Virus record (IMG/VR): IMGVR_UViG_3300028804_000001
Span: 96,001-160,000 of that record
Direction: 5' to 3' (one strand)
Source: a virus
Lineage: Duplodnaviria; Caudoviricetes
DNA length: 64,000 nucleotides
Position numbers and translations under genes: made by a program. Under the pieces are notes generated by a model. That model worked only from the letters and a program-made list of their open reading frames with translations. It had not been told where the DNA came from and searched no databases. This document shows positions 27,605 to 38,500 of this stretch, one piece after another (position 1 is the stretch's first letter; each line of letters begins with the position of its first letter).

Positions 27605-28401
27605 GGATCCTTTGCTCCTTTCATATTAAACCATGTATGGAGAGTAAATAGATGATAATCGGTCATGGCTTTAGATGCTATCTCCGATTGAATATCACTA
27701 TCTGTCCATACAATATCTTCAAAAGATGATGCAAATCTTCCTATCGATACACTATTAGTTTCTCTAAAAGAGTACAGTCCGGGATGGAATTTATGCACAT
27801 ACTGACCATAAATTTCAGGCTCGCCAGGGAAGCAATCCTTGGTAATTATCTCTATCGATTTTTCGATAAAAGATTCAACAGTAAAACCGTATCTATCCAG
27901 CAGTTCACGGATAATTAATTTATCCATGAAGTTCATATCATTTATAAAAGTATGTGGATATACTCTAGGGAGATCAAATACCTTCTCCTGGAATTCAAAA
28001 TATGGGCGGTGGTCTTGTTCCCAACCCATCCAGAATATCCTTCTGCCATCTGTTTCAAACATAGGCATTCTTCTATTGATGATAACATCAGAGTCTACTG
28101 TTAGAAATAGATCATTCTGAGTTACATTTTGGAACATCTTTAAATATTGTTGATATATCCAATTGGGACGATATGGAAATCTAGATGTATCAATATCTAA
28201 AATCTCCCTATCATTCAGTAAATGAATAGGGTATCTGGAATCTGGTATATAGCCAGAGAATAAGTTTTTATCTGGAACAGTTATATATATGTTAGAGAAA
28301 CCACTAATGTTTCTCTCAATAGAAGGAATAAGATATTTAAGCTTATTCCTATCCTTGGGTGCAGCAGGAATTAGAATATCGTACGGAGCACTCATTAACA
28401 C
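27601..28401 (-). CDS. Putative glycosyltransferase (DUF6492-like)
   Basis: W.YQQ.LK, VDSD DxD motif, E.EIYG. Confidence 0.65.
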   Translation of the reverse strand: MLMSAPYDILIPAAPKDRNKLKYLIPSIERNISGFSNIYITVPDKNLFSGYIPDSRYPIHLLNDREILDIDTSRFPYRPNWIYQQYLKMFQNVTQNDLFLTVDSDVIINRRMPMFETDGRRIFWMGWEQDHRPYFEFQEKVFDLPRVYPHTFINDMNFMDKLIIRELLDRYGFTVESFIEKSIEIITKDCFPGEPEIYGQYVHKFHPGLYSFRETNSVSIGRFASSFEDIVWTDSDIQSEIASKAMTDYHLFTLHTWFNMKGAKDP

Positions 28402-29210
28402 TTCACCAATATATGATTAGAATTTGGTATAAACATATCCTGGGCAGATCCAGCGGACCAATAAGAAGGAGCCGCGGGTTGTGGAATAAATACTCTCTCT
28501 GCATCAGATAGGAAAGAAGCCCACCAGGCATATGAACTATTTGAGCAGATGATATTGTTAAAAGCCTTTAGGAATTTAAAATCATCAATGGATGATTTAT
28601 TATCATAGTATACTGCTTTAAATGCTGTATATTTGTTCACAAAGTAATCAATGGTATCATTAGATAAACTCTTACCAACAAAATAAAGCTTCTTTATCTT
28701 ACTGGAATTTTCCTCAATGATTCTATCATAATATGAAAATGGAAGTTGGTTAGATCCAAGAAGATAATCTTCGTGCCTGATATGGAATACCCATTCATCT
28801 GGTCCAGGCATCACCAGCTTAGAACCCCAATCTGGTAGATAAAACCATTCCTTTAACTTATCTCTCCATGGTGTATAGTAGTGATATCTCTGAAAGAACC
28901 CGTGTAAAATTAATCCTCTCTGATTATTGGTTGATCCAATTATCTCTTCTACAGAATTAAAAGGATGTTCGTTTATCATTACCGGTTCTGGAAGAACCTT
29001 ACCATCTATAAAGTCGGGGCAGTTCTTGAAATAATCCTGGTTATCAAAACGAGTAGAACCATGCTCTAATGGAATACCATAAGTTTGCAATAGATCTTGA
29101 TTCTGATTAACTGTATCTAATCTATTCCCAGTAATCTCGTGGATAATTCTTCCTAGTCCATATTGAAATAGATTGTTACCCATCCGGCCTATGTAGTGGA
29201 TCCTGATCAT
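28395..29210 (-). CDS. Alpha-1,2-fucosyltransferase-like (GT11)
   Basis: GRMGNNLFQY, GFFQ, HIRHEDY, SNSSYAWWASFLS. Confidence 0.85.
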   Translation of the reverse strand: MIRIHYIGRMGNNLFQYGLGRIIHEITGNRLDTVNQNQDLLQTYGIPLEHGSTRFDNQDYFKNCPDFIDGKVLPEPVMINEHPFNSVEEIIGSTNNQRGLILHGFFQRYHYYTPWRDKLKEWFYLPDWGSKLVMPGPDEWVFHIRHEDYLLGSNQLPFSYYDRIIEENSSKIKKLYFVGKSLSNDTIDYFVNKYTAFKAVYYDNKSSIDDFKFLKAFNNIICSNSSYAWWASFLSDAERVFIPQPAAPSYWSAGSAQDMFIPNSNHILVKC

Positions 29211-29995
29211 TTTGTTTCACCTTTCCAGCTTTGTATATATGAGCGCAAATCTTCTTCTGTCATTGCAAGAACTTTATCATACTCTTCTTTATTCTTTATG
29301 CTATGTGGAGTTCCTGGAGAGCTATTAATCCCACGTGGATGGCTAACATGATAGATAACTCCAGGACTTCTTTTAAGTCTAAGTCCTAGTCTTTGAAATC
29401 TATAAAAGAATTCGTTATCTTCCCATCCCCATGATCTAAAGTTCTCGTTGCCACCACCAACAGAATCCCAGGATTCCTTTTTTATAAAGAATGCCCCACC
29501 GGGAGAGTTATTAGATAATATACAGAAGTTCTTATCGCTAAGCATGTAGAGACTCATGTTGCTATTTCTTATTTGTTCTACATATAGCCTATCGATATCA
29601 AGGAAAGATCCATTGAATGGATAGATAACATCGGCTTTATTCTTTCTTAAATCATCAACTGCATCCATATATTGTTCTCTTCTCATGAGAACATCTGCAT
29701 CATAGATGCATACATACGGAGTCTCTGCTGCCTTAACTAGTATATTGAGAACACGGGTTTTATGAAAAAGTTCAGAAGCGGATTGAATAAAGATACATTT
29801 AATTCCAGATCCTTCGAATAGAACCGGATCTAGAAGAGGTCTTGCGCAGTGTTCACCTATTAGGATATTAGTATCAAAATGCCATAACAGATAATCACAG
29901 ATTAGATGAAGGTTTTCTTTTCTTTCAGTTGAATCTATCTTTATAGGAATAACAAACGTTACATCCTTTAGATCTACTTTCTTCCGTCCTTCCAT
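29207..29995 (-). CDS. Glycosyltransferase (GT2/GT7-C galactosyltransferase-like)
   Basis: YDAD, GGGNENFRSWGWED, YHVSH. Confidence 0.8.
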   Translation of the reverse strand: MEGRKKVDLKDVTFVIPIKIDSTERKENLHLICDYLLWHFDTNILIGEHCARPLLDPVLFEGSGIKCIFIQSASELFHKTRVLNILVKAAETPYVCIYDADVLMRREQYMDAVDDLRKNKADVIYPFNGSFLDIDRLYVEQIRNSNMSLYMLSDKNFCILSNNSPGGAFFIKKESWDSVGGGNENFRSWGWEDNEFFYRFQRLGLRLKRSPGVIYHVSHPRGINSSPGTPHSIKNKEEYDKVLAMTEEDLRSYIQSWKGETK

Positions 29996-30489
29996 GTGAA
30001 TGAAAAAGCTAGTATGCTTTCTTGTGTATATCCCGGTATAGTATAGTCAGGAACAAGGAACTTCTTAAGAATTTCCGACTTCGTGATATTGGTATATATT
30101 CCCTCGCCTTCGGTCAAGGTAAAAATACCTCCTGAGTAATTAATAAGGGCGTATGGTTTAAGCCGGCTTGAATCTTTAATCAGGAACGATGGATGGTATG
30201 CACTCTTACGTTTGCCTTTGCCTTCTATAACCAAACGACGATCTATTCTATCGGGTTCATCCACAGGTATGGCCACCTGTCGAAGCTTAACCAACCCATT
30301 TGTTTTTTCTTCTAGAGATTCCGCAAAAGCATGTATATTGATCAGGTGATCATTAAGACCACCTGCCCAATCATTAAGGATTTTGTGTACTGCTGCATCA
30401 ACAGCACCTTCAATAACGCTGTCTTCTATCTCTTGAGAAAACGTAGATAGTATGAACTTTGTTATTCTAAGTAACGAATTCTCTGTCAT
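29974..30489 (-). CDS. Hypothetical protein
   Basis: Packed in operon. Confidence 0.6.
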   Translation of the reverse strand: MTENSLLRITKFILSTFSQEIEDSVIEGAVDAAVHKILNDWAGGLNDHLINIHAFAESLEEKTNGLVKLRQVAIPVDEPDRIDRRLVIEGKGKRKSAYHPSFLIKDSSRLKPYALINYSGGIFTLTEGEGIYTNITKSEILKKFLVPDYTIPGYTQESILAFSFTWKDGRK

Positions 30490-30498
30490 AGGGAATTG

Positions 30499-30912
30499 TT
30501 AGAACAAGAACACTCCTACCAAAACACCTAGAAGAAGTGTCGTAGCGTAGCTTCCAATTGTTCCTAAAGTGTCCTGAACTTTATCAATAAACGTTTTTCT
30601 TTTCTGCACTTCATCGAATCTGATATAGAGTTTATGCTTCTGGAAGGTTTTCCTAACCCTTACCCAGTCAGCACCAACATCTACCAGGGTTTCTCTAATA
30701 AGCTTTGGTCTTGCTTTAAAAACAAGGATATAGTCCTCTACGAGTTTATCAATACACTCATCCTTTTCTCTTCCATTGAGAATTTTACACTTCTCAATAT
30801 CATTTGCAATAAGTGAATCTTCCTCTTGCTCAAGCTTAGTATCAGTAGGCTGGAGAGTCCCACATGAAACTAGCCCCGAAAATAAAATTACAATCAAGAT
30901 AAACTTTTTCAT
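30499..30912 (-). CDS. Lipoprotein with C-terminal TM; unimolecular spanin candidate
   Basis: MKKFILIVILFSGLVS-C17 lipobox; C-terminal ATTLLLGVLVGVFLF. Confidence 0.55.
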   Translation of the reverse strand: MKKFILIVILFSGLVSCGTLQPTDTKLEQEEDSLIANDIEKCKILNGREKDECIDKLVEDYILVFKARPKLIRETLVDVGADWVRVRKTFQKHKLYIRFDEVQKRKTFIDKVQDTLGTIGSYATTLLLGVLVGVFLF

Positions 30913-31199
30913 TTCAGAACTCCTGTTTCGGGTGGGAATGCTTTATCGCATTGTTGATATACAGAGTCAGGCGTCATCTGACGCATACACTCTCTCCAAT
31001 CAGAAAATGATTTCGGATCTACTTTATTGGCTGGCGTCGATGGTTTTACACCATCTAAGGGTTTCTTTCCCCATCTATCGTATGGATCATTGAACTTAAC
31101 CCATCCACCATATCCAGCAGCACCAATTAAAAGGAACAAAGCAATGGCAAGAACCGGATGTGTTTTTGCCCATTCCCAAAAGCTTTTGATTGTTTCCAT
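30909..31199 (-). CDS. Single-TM membrane protein
   Basis: N-terminal amphipathic helix plus TM; ATGA-coupled to lipoprotein. Confidence 0.6.
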   Translation of the reverse strand: METIKSFWEWAKTHPVLAIALFLLIGAAGYGGWVKFNDPYDRWGKKPLDGVKPSTPANKVDPKSFSDWRECMRQMTPDSVYQQCDKAFPPETGVLK

Positions 31200-31903
31200 T
31201 ACATACCTACCGAAGTTAGATAATCATTAAAGGCTGGCATAAATCCTTTACGGTAGCCTTCCTCATTGATATGGACAGCATCTCCACAATTGTATTCTGG
31301 TCTAACCCATCCATTTGGGCCGGCCAGATATTTTCTCAGGGGGATATAATCGCAGAAAGCTGCAGCTTCCACCATAGCATTAAAGTGCGGGATCTTTTCA
31401 AAGTTTAACTTGTTCCAACTATCTGTTGGCTTATAACCAAGAGGAAGAATCTCCATCCATCCAATATGCTGTACGCCGCTAGCTTTAAGAAGGTTAACAT
31501 AATCTCTGAGATCTAGAAGAACTAGATCAAGAGGTCTATTTCCCCACATATCATTTCCACAAATGTGAGTGATAACAGTCTTAGGCTTATAGATAGCTAC
31601 AGTAGTTAAAGCTCTTTCGTACAACCATCTAGCTCTATCACCACCAATAGCAGAATCAAAGATTTTTCTATTCCCATTGGCGGTAGAATCTTCTACAATA
31701 GGTTCTCCACCATGCATGATGGAATCACCAGTGGCCACTATATCACATTGACCATTTACAATGGCATCTGCTCTTCTATAATCAGCTAACTTATTATAAA
31801 GGAACGGTCTCTTATCGCTGTAAAGATTCTTATCAAGATTATGCTTATAAGCATAAAGTTGGAACTCACTTACTTTCTTTCTATACCATTGTCCGATTGT
31901 CAT
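31199..31903 (-). CDS. SGNH/GDSL hydrolase
   Basis: GDSI, IGGD, GND, DAVH. Confidence 0.85.
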   Translation of the reverse strand: MTIGQWYRKKVSEFQLYAYKHNLDKNLYSDKRPFLYNKLADYRRADAIVNGQCDIVATGDSIMHGGEPIVEDSTANGNRKIFDSAIGGDRARWLYERALTTVAIYKPKTVITHICGNDMWGNRPLDLVLLDLRDYVNLLKASGVQHIGWMEILPLGYKPTDSWNKLNFEKIPHFNAMVEAAAFCDYIPLRKYLAGPNGWVRPEYNCGDAVHINEEGYRKGFMPAFNDYLTSVGM

Positions 31904-31911
31904 GTTATCTC

Positions 31912-32568
31912 CTATAACCAGTAACTTAATGTTCCACGTTCTTTAATATCTTCGTAGCTGCCCGATGTTAATACTACTTGTTCTGCAGAGCTATACGCAT
32001 TAAGAATAGTTTGCGCACCAGCTAAAAGATCTGCAAGGCCTGCTTGATTATACAGAAGCCCGGAGGAAATATAAGCTGCTTTCTCTGGATCATCATCGGG
32101 AACGTGTCTCTCTCCGAATGTTGCAACTACTCTTAGGAGAGACCACATAGACAGTGGTCTTCCAGCTGGAGTCTTTGCGAGTCGCATGTAATCTTCTACT
32201 TCAAGATTTAGTTTAAGAAGTGCTTCATTTCTAACTTGATCTAGAGTCTTTACGCCATCTGTAATTAACTCATCGACGGACTTTGCAACAATCATACCGT
32301 CTTTTATTTTCTCATATGGATTTAATTGTATTTCTCCAGTATCTACTCTTTCCTGGAGTGTCTTTACTCTTACTCCAGGAATACTAGAATCCCATACAGT
32401 TCCAGTTGGTGGAAATTTATCTCCAGATACCCATCCTTTTTTAGGGGTTCTTTTATTTACTATATTCCAATCCATTACTAAATCTTCCGCTTGTTTGCGG
32501 TAAGATTCGGTATCAGGCATTTCTTGAATTACTGTTCCGGAATCGTTGAAGATATAAATCTTACTCAT
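31912..32568 (-). CDS. Tail-fibre assembly/chaperone-like protein
   Basis: Directly after tail fibre; KTLQERVD.G.I.L..YEKI.DG.IV.KS..EL..DG pattern recalled from Leptospira phage proteins. Confidence 0.55.
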   Translation of the reverse strand: MSKIYIFNDSGTVIQEMPDTESYRKQAEDLVMDWNIVNKRTPKKGWVSGDKFPPTGTVWDSSIPGVRVKTLQERVDTGEIQLNPYEKIKDGMIVAKSVDELITDGVKTLDQVRNEALLKLNLEVEDYMRLAKTPAGRPLSMWSLLRVVATFGERHVPDDDPEKAAYISSGLLYNQAGLADLLAGAQTILNAYSSAEQVVLTSGSYEDIKERGTLSYWL

Positions 32569-35500
32569 GGGTTGTAAACTCCGCCAAATTCATAGATATG
32601 GACTGCTTGTCCAAGAGGTTGATTCTTGTAGCTGAGACGAAGAGATCCATATGAGGATATAGAATCAGAATCAGTTTGGCTGACATTTCCAGTATTATAG
32701 TTTACACTAGAGCTACCTAGGTCCCCTCCACCAAAACCAGTTCCAGCTGATGCAAATGGATGGATCATACCGGAATATATTCCATGATCAATGGAAGTAG
32801 TGTGATAGTGCGGATGGAAGTGAGCTTGAGATGTATCTGTAAATCTAAATCCAGCCAATAAACCATAGTCGGCTGCTTGTTCAAAGCCTTCCATCTTTAT
32901 ATGTTGGGCTGTTGTTGAAGAACCTACTATACGATGTGGGTGAACTCTAAATGTCCCAGATCTAGTTTCGGTAAAAGAAGATCCTGTAAATCTAGCTATC
33001 CCCTTATCTATCCTAATATTATCTAAGTAACCACTATAGGATGTAAGGGATCCACTTTCACCATGACCAATAAATAGAGGTCTATCAGATCCAGTGGTAT
33101 AGTTAGTAGCATCTGCCGCGCTAGCCTGGAGAACTCCATCTATGTAAATCTTAAGAGTTCCAGATTCTCTAGTAACTACCACATGGAACCATTCGTGGGT
33201 TCTAGTAATAGAGTTATTAGGTGTAGAGATAGTTACACCACCTGCTCCAGTTCCTCTCCACTTAATAAGCATATTAGTGGCATCCATCTGGATACCGTAG
33301 ATTCTATCTGTATCTGCTGCAGAAACTGCAGAGGATCTTAATAAAAGATATCTTGTTCCAGAAGTAAAGAAAGGCCACATTCTAAATTCGAATGTAAAGT
33401 CGCCCGTTCCAAGATCCCAACCATCGAAATCAACTATCTCGAAATATGCAGATGATGTGAATCTATAAGAGGAAGACCCAGTATATTTATTCCTTGGTTC
33501 AAAAGTTACCGAGTTTTGATTTTTCACGAAGTGCTTATACTGTGAAAGATCAACTACATAGTTTCCAGAACCAGGATCTTCTCCATCCATGAAAAGAACC
33601 GCAGAAGTATCTACGGTATTTGCATGGTCGATAAGAAGATATCTATTTCTTCTTACACTCCATTCTTTTGGAGAAGTATACGATGACCATACTCCATCCC
33701 AGTGTCTGTTCTCCCAGGTAGATACAGATCCCTTGGTTATCTGGATATTATCCATGTAACCATAGAATGTAAGACCATCGATTCTATTTCTCAGAAGTCC
33801 ACTATATCCTATGAACAATCTTTGTTCGGAAGTTCCAGTATAGTCAGTAGTATCATCTACTTCACCAACCATATTCTGGTTTAACCACATGCGCAGTTTT
33901 CCAGATTTTCTGGACACGGCGAAGTGATACCAAGTGCTCAGGTTTGTAACTGATCCATTTGGAGATGCCAATTGCGTTGTATTGGAGAAGTTTTTACCAG
34001 CCCAGATAATTCTATCTCTAGAACCATCATAGTAAAGTCCAAAAGCAACATCCTGGAGAATATCTTTTCTTACTTTTATAAGGAGTGGTGCGCCGATAGA
34101 TACTACCCAATGACTTCCATCGGAAGTAGATGCTGAGCAATATGCTCCACCAGCTCCCATATTATAAAGGCCGGCTGCATTCCAATGAGTTGAGAAGTCC
34201 TCATTACCCTTGATGATTCCAATGTAGGAGCCAGTTCCACCATTGTAATAGCTGATAACCTTTGCTCCATCAGAACGAAGAGTTATATGGATAGGATTAG
34301 ATACTGGAGTTACAGTAGAAGTAATTACCGCATCTGTTCCGGCTTTACTAGGATCTATCTTATAGATATAATCAGTATCATATACTGGAGCCCATAAATA
34401 GGTCCCGTCATGAACCATTCTATAGCAATCGCCACCTATTGGTATAGGAGCACCCACTTCAAGAGTGGTTTTGTTCATGCTGCGTATATTATTTCCACCA
34501 AAGCTGGAGAACCATATATAGTTCCCATAGCTGGCTATAGCATATGGGTTAGTATCAATATTAGCAGTGATGGTTTGCACAATTGTCATCGTGCCTGGAT
34601 CAATCTTTAATATAGCGTTTCCACCATAGTTAGTAACCCAGATAAATGTTCCATCGTGGACACCACCGTTACAAGCACTCGGAAGAACACATGTTCCAAC
34701 TACTGATATAGATGAAGTATTAACTTTCTTGAGAGTATATGAATCATCTATATACCATATGAACCCGCCACCGTAGAAGATATCAACTACGTAGTTTCCA
34801 CCACCTACAGAAATAGCAGTAGGATCTATTGCTCCAGTTACAGGATAGAACTTAACAAGCTTAGAACCTACAGTATTGGAAGTAACCCATAAGTTAGTTC
34901 CATCCGATGCAACTCTGTAGTTATTACCACCGTTCTGGGTATCAACAAAGTATGTAGCTTCTTGAATAGTTTTTAAGCTGATAATGTTCAGAACTGTATC
35001 ACTGACACAAGGAATAAACATCTCATAACCATTAGAGAGAATAAATGGCTTTGTGTAAGGATTTGCCCTGGTAGAAATTCTACCCGCAGTAATAATAGAA
35101 TTGGTAGTATCTAAATGTTTCAGCGAATTATTAGAATAATCGCAGATGTAGATAACCTTTTCATCTGGGGTAGCTACCAATCCCGCAGGGTTACTCAATG
35201 CAGAATAACTAGCAGTTAGTGTATCTACTACTGCTCCACTAGAATTAATCTTGGAGATGCTGTTACTTCCCCAGTTAGCTACCCATATAAAACCAGCAGC
35301 TTTGGTGATACCTCTGGGGTTAGTTCCAACTGTAATAGGAGAACCAATGATTGAATCGCTTGTAGCATCAAATCTAACTACAGAAGCAGAACCATAGCAT
35401 GAAATCCATAGAGTCCCATTGTCATTGTATATACCTTCTGGATTGTTGGCACCTAATGCCATTGGGTATCCAACCTCTTGAGTATTCGTATTGAAGTTTA

Positions 35501-38500
35501 CTTTAGAGATTGAATTTGCGGTGTTATTAGTGACCCATAAAAACCCTTCAGCATTAACAATTTGAAGGGGCCCTGTTCCTACAGATACAGTAGCAACCTG
35601 AGCCATAGTGCTAGGATTGATCTTTCTAATTATATCAGATCCATAGTCAACTACCCAGATAAAGGTTCCATCATCTGTTATATCGTATAGAGCTGTTCCA
35701 CCGCTATATGTTCCTACAACTCTTCCAGTTTTCAGATCGATTTTCTTTAGAGAAGAGCTAGCATTGGTAGTCCAAAGATAACCAAATGCCTCATGGCCAA
35801 AATAATTGTTTATTCCTGTAGTCCAACCGGCAAGTGCATAATCTAAACGATCGATAGTCTTCTCTCTGGTAATAATACCCATGCTCTGAGCGTTTACTCC
35901 AGAGGTAGATGGATAGAAGTATCCTTCAATAGTGAAGTCTCCTGATAAATCAAAATCAGAATGAGGATCACAAACTAATGTGTCTCCGGCACCATCGAAA
36001 TATGAAGATTCAGTATCAGTTGCATATGCAGAGTTGGATAATCCTCCACCGCTTCTCCAATGTTCTATTCTACGTTTCTTTGGAGATCCATCTCTAATAT
36101 CATAGGAGTTTCCTCCATCTTGATATGGAGATCTAGTGAATAGGACAACATCAGGAGACATCGACCCCTGAGCTTCCTCAGTTGTCTCAGCATCATAACC
36201 ATAGCCGATTACTCTGTAATCGCCAGCAGTTAATGGACCATAACCAGTTTCCAGGGTAATAGTCTTATTCCAATTATGCTTGGATCCTCCTACTACTCCA
36301 CCCTTGGTTACATGAAAGAGTGCATCTTGTCTATAAGATTCGAATACACTTCTTTCAATATATCTATCTTCTAGATATAAACGAACTCCATCTCTATGTT
36401 GAATATAGTTGGTAGCTTTGAAATCTTTTATTCCATAAGAATCAGATGCTCTGTTTCTCCATTCTGGAACAAGAAGAGACCAGTTTAAAATACTGATAAC
36501 AGTATCTTCCTGGGTTAATCTAAACCAAGGTTTATCTACAGTAGGTTCAACACATTCTCTTCTGTGGAAGATATCGCCAACGTGTCTTCCGTAGAATTGA
36601 GCCCAATAATCTACATAGTCTTTTCTAGTTCCATGATCATTATCAGTTGGAGTTAGAGGAAGGTGAATTTGCCCTGCTACAAGAGTTACATCATCCTGAA
36701 CTTGCAGAGCTCCACCAACTGTGCTATTTCCAGTTACAGAAGAGTCTCCACCAATAGTAGAGTCGGATCCTACAGTAAGAGAACCAACCGCTGAAATATT
36801 TCCACCGGCATTGATATCTCCAGATGCTGCAATATTAGAACCAGAACGGATCTGCTTTTCAGCACTAATACCGCCCTTAGTTCTTATTGATGCTCCACCA
36901 GAGTAATTCGAAGTAGTGGCATCTGTAGCATCTTCAACAGATAGAGCTCCAACTGTTTTCTTAATCCAGCTGATCTCATCAACTTTCATAAGAGGCTTCC
37001 AGCCTACTGCAGCTGTTGCCCAATTGAATACTATATTATAGGATCCGCGGTTGGTGAATTTGATCTTAAGATTAGTATCAACTGCCTGGTCAATATAGAA
37101 CCAGGCTAATCCTCTCTCCTGCTTTAAAACCGGGAAGTAATATCCAGAATTATCGCGCAAGTATACAGAGCTGTATCCATCAAGGTCGGAGTCGCCTGCA
37201 TTTGAGCAGTCATAAGCAACACAAACAACCTTGCCTTCAAGTCTGTCGAGAAGTATGTAATCATATTGGTAGTCAGTTACTGTATACTCGAGGATTTCTC
37301 CTGGAGCTATAGTTACTGGATCTCTATTAAAACTAATAGTAGTTAGAGAATTGGGATCTCCGTACTGCCATTTATTATGAACAAACAGAGGATCGGTTAT
37401 GAGGTTATCATTGTCCTCTTCATCCTGACGGAACTCTTCTCCTATATTCTGATAGTATCCAAGGAAAAGATATCCATTCGGATTTTTAACAGAAGGATAA
37501 TCCCCATCCTCACTAATACCGGCAGAATCTAAATACAGCAGATAATCGAAGCTGTCGTTAGGATCACTTGTATAATTGGAGCTCTCGTAGAAGAGAGCAA
37601 GAATGTTATTTCTAGCTAGAATCTTGAACGGCTGAGAAGTAGACTTGCCAGTTACTTCACTTACTCTCTCTTCTCTAGCAACCCAGAGTTTTGCAACTCC
37701 AGAATCAAAACCGCCTACTATGATAGAGGAACCATCACAGTAGTAATATTGTGAAGAAGGATATCTTGCAAAAGTGGTTATAGTGTACTCTTTAGAAGAG
37801 AGGTCTACGATATCATTTCCAGATACAAGATGCTTATATGCTACGATCTTATTATCGTTAGAGATATTGGTAGTAGAGAATACTACATTAATCTTATTAT
37901 CGAAAGACCATACGGCCCCAATATCAGTTTGATCATTGTTGTTAGAAACAGTATCAAATGAAACGTCGTGGGTAGAAAGAAGCTTAAGCGCAGTTTCTAC
38001 TTCTTCGTTGTGATGATCTGAACCATAGAAATCATAAGTGTATGTAGATGTCAGAGAAGCGATATCTTTCTTAAGGATTACCAGTCCAGAATGCTGTCCC
38101 TTATATGCAGTTGTGCATGCAGTTCTTACTTTTAAATTACTGCCGGCCGTATATTCTGTTCTATACGTTCCTCTAAGATTCTTAGCTCTATCAAGGCAGA
38201 ATACATCAACAGTATCACTTACAGTATCTTCTGTCTTACCAATAAATGCGATGATGGTATTACCCTCATCATCGGCACTCATGTGGAACTGTGAGCCAGT
38301 TACAGAATAGAAGGACGAAGATCTAATGAGAAGAGTTGTGACCCCGTAGAGTGAACTGAAATCAGTGTTACTTCCAATAATCTTAGAAGTAACGACAGGG
38401 ACGCCCAGACGAGGAATAACACTACCAACAACAATAGCACATCTTTCAGTAGTTTCATTTAATAATGATCCTGTATAGAATCCCATCAGAACGGCAAAGT

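Noticed and set aside
14657-29995. Bacterial O-antigen locus (host chromosome)
   Set aside because: No wzx/wzy/wzm/wzt; the cluster is continuous with phage tail genes and has the same sequence style.
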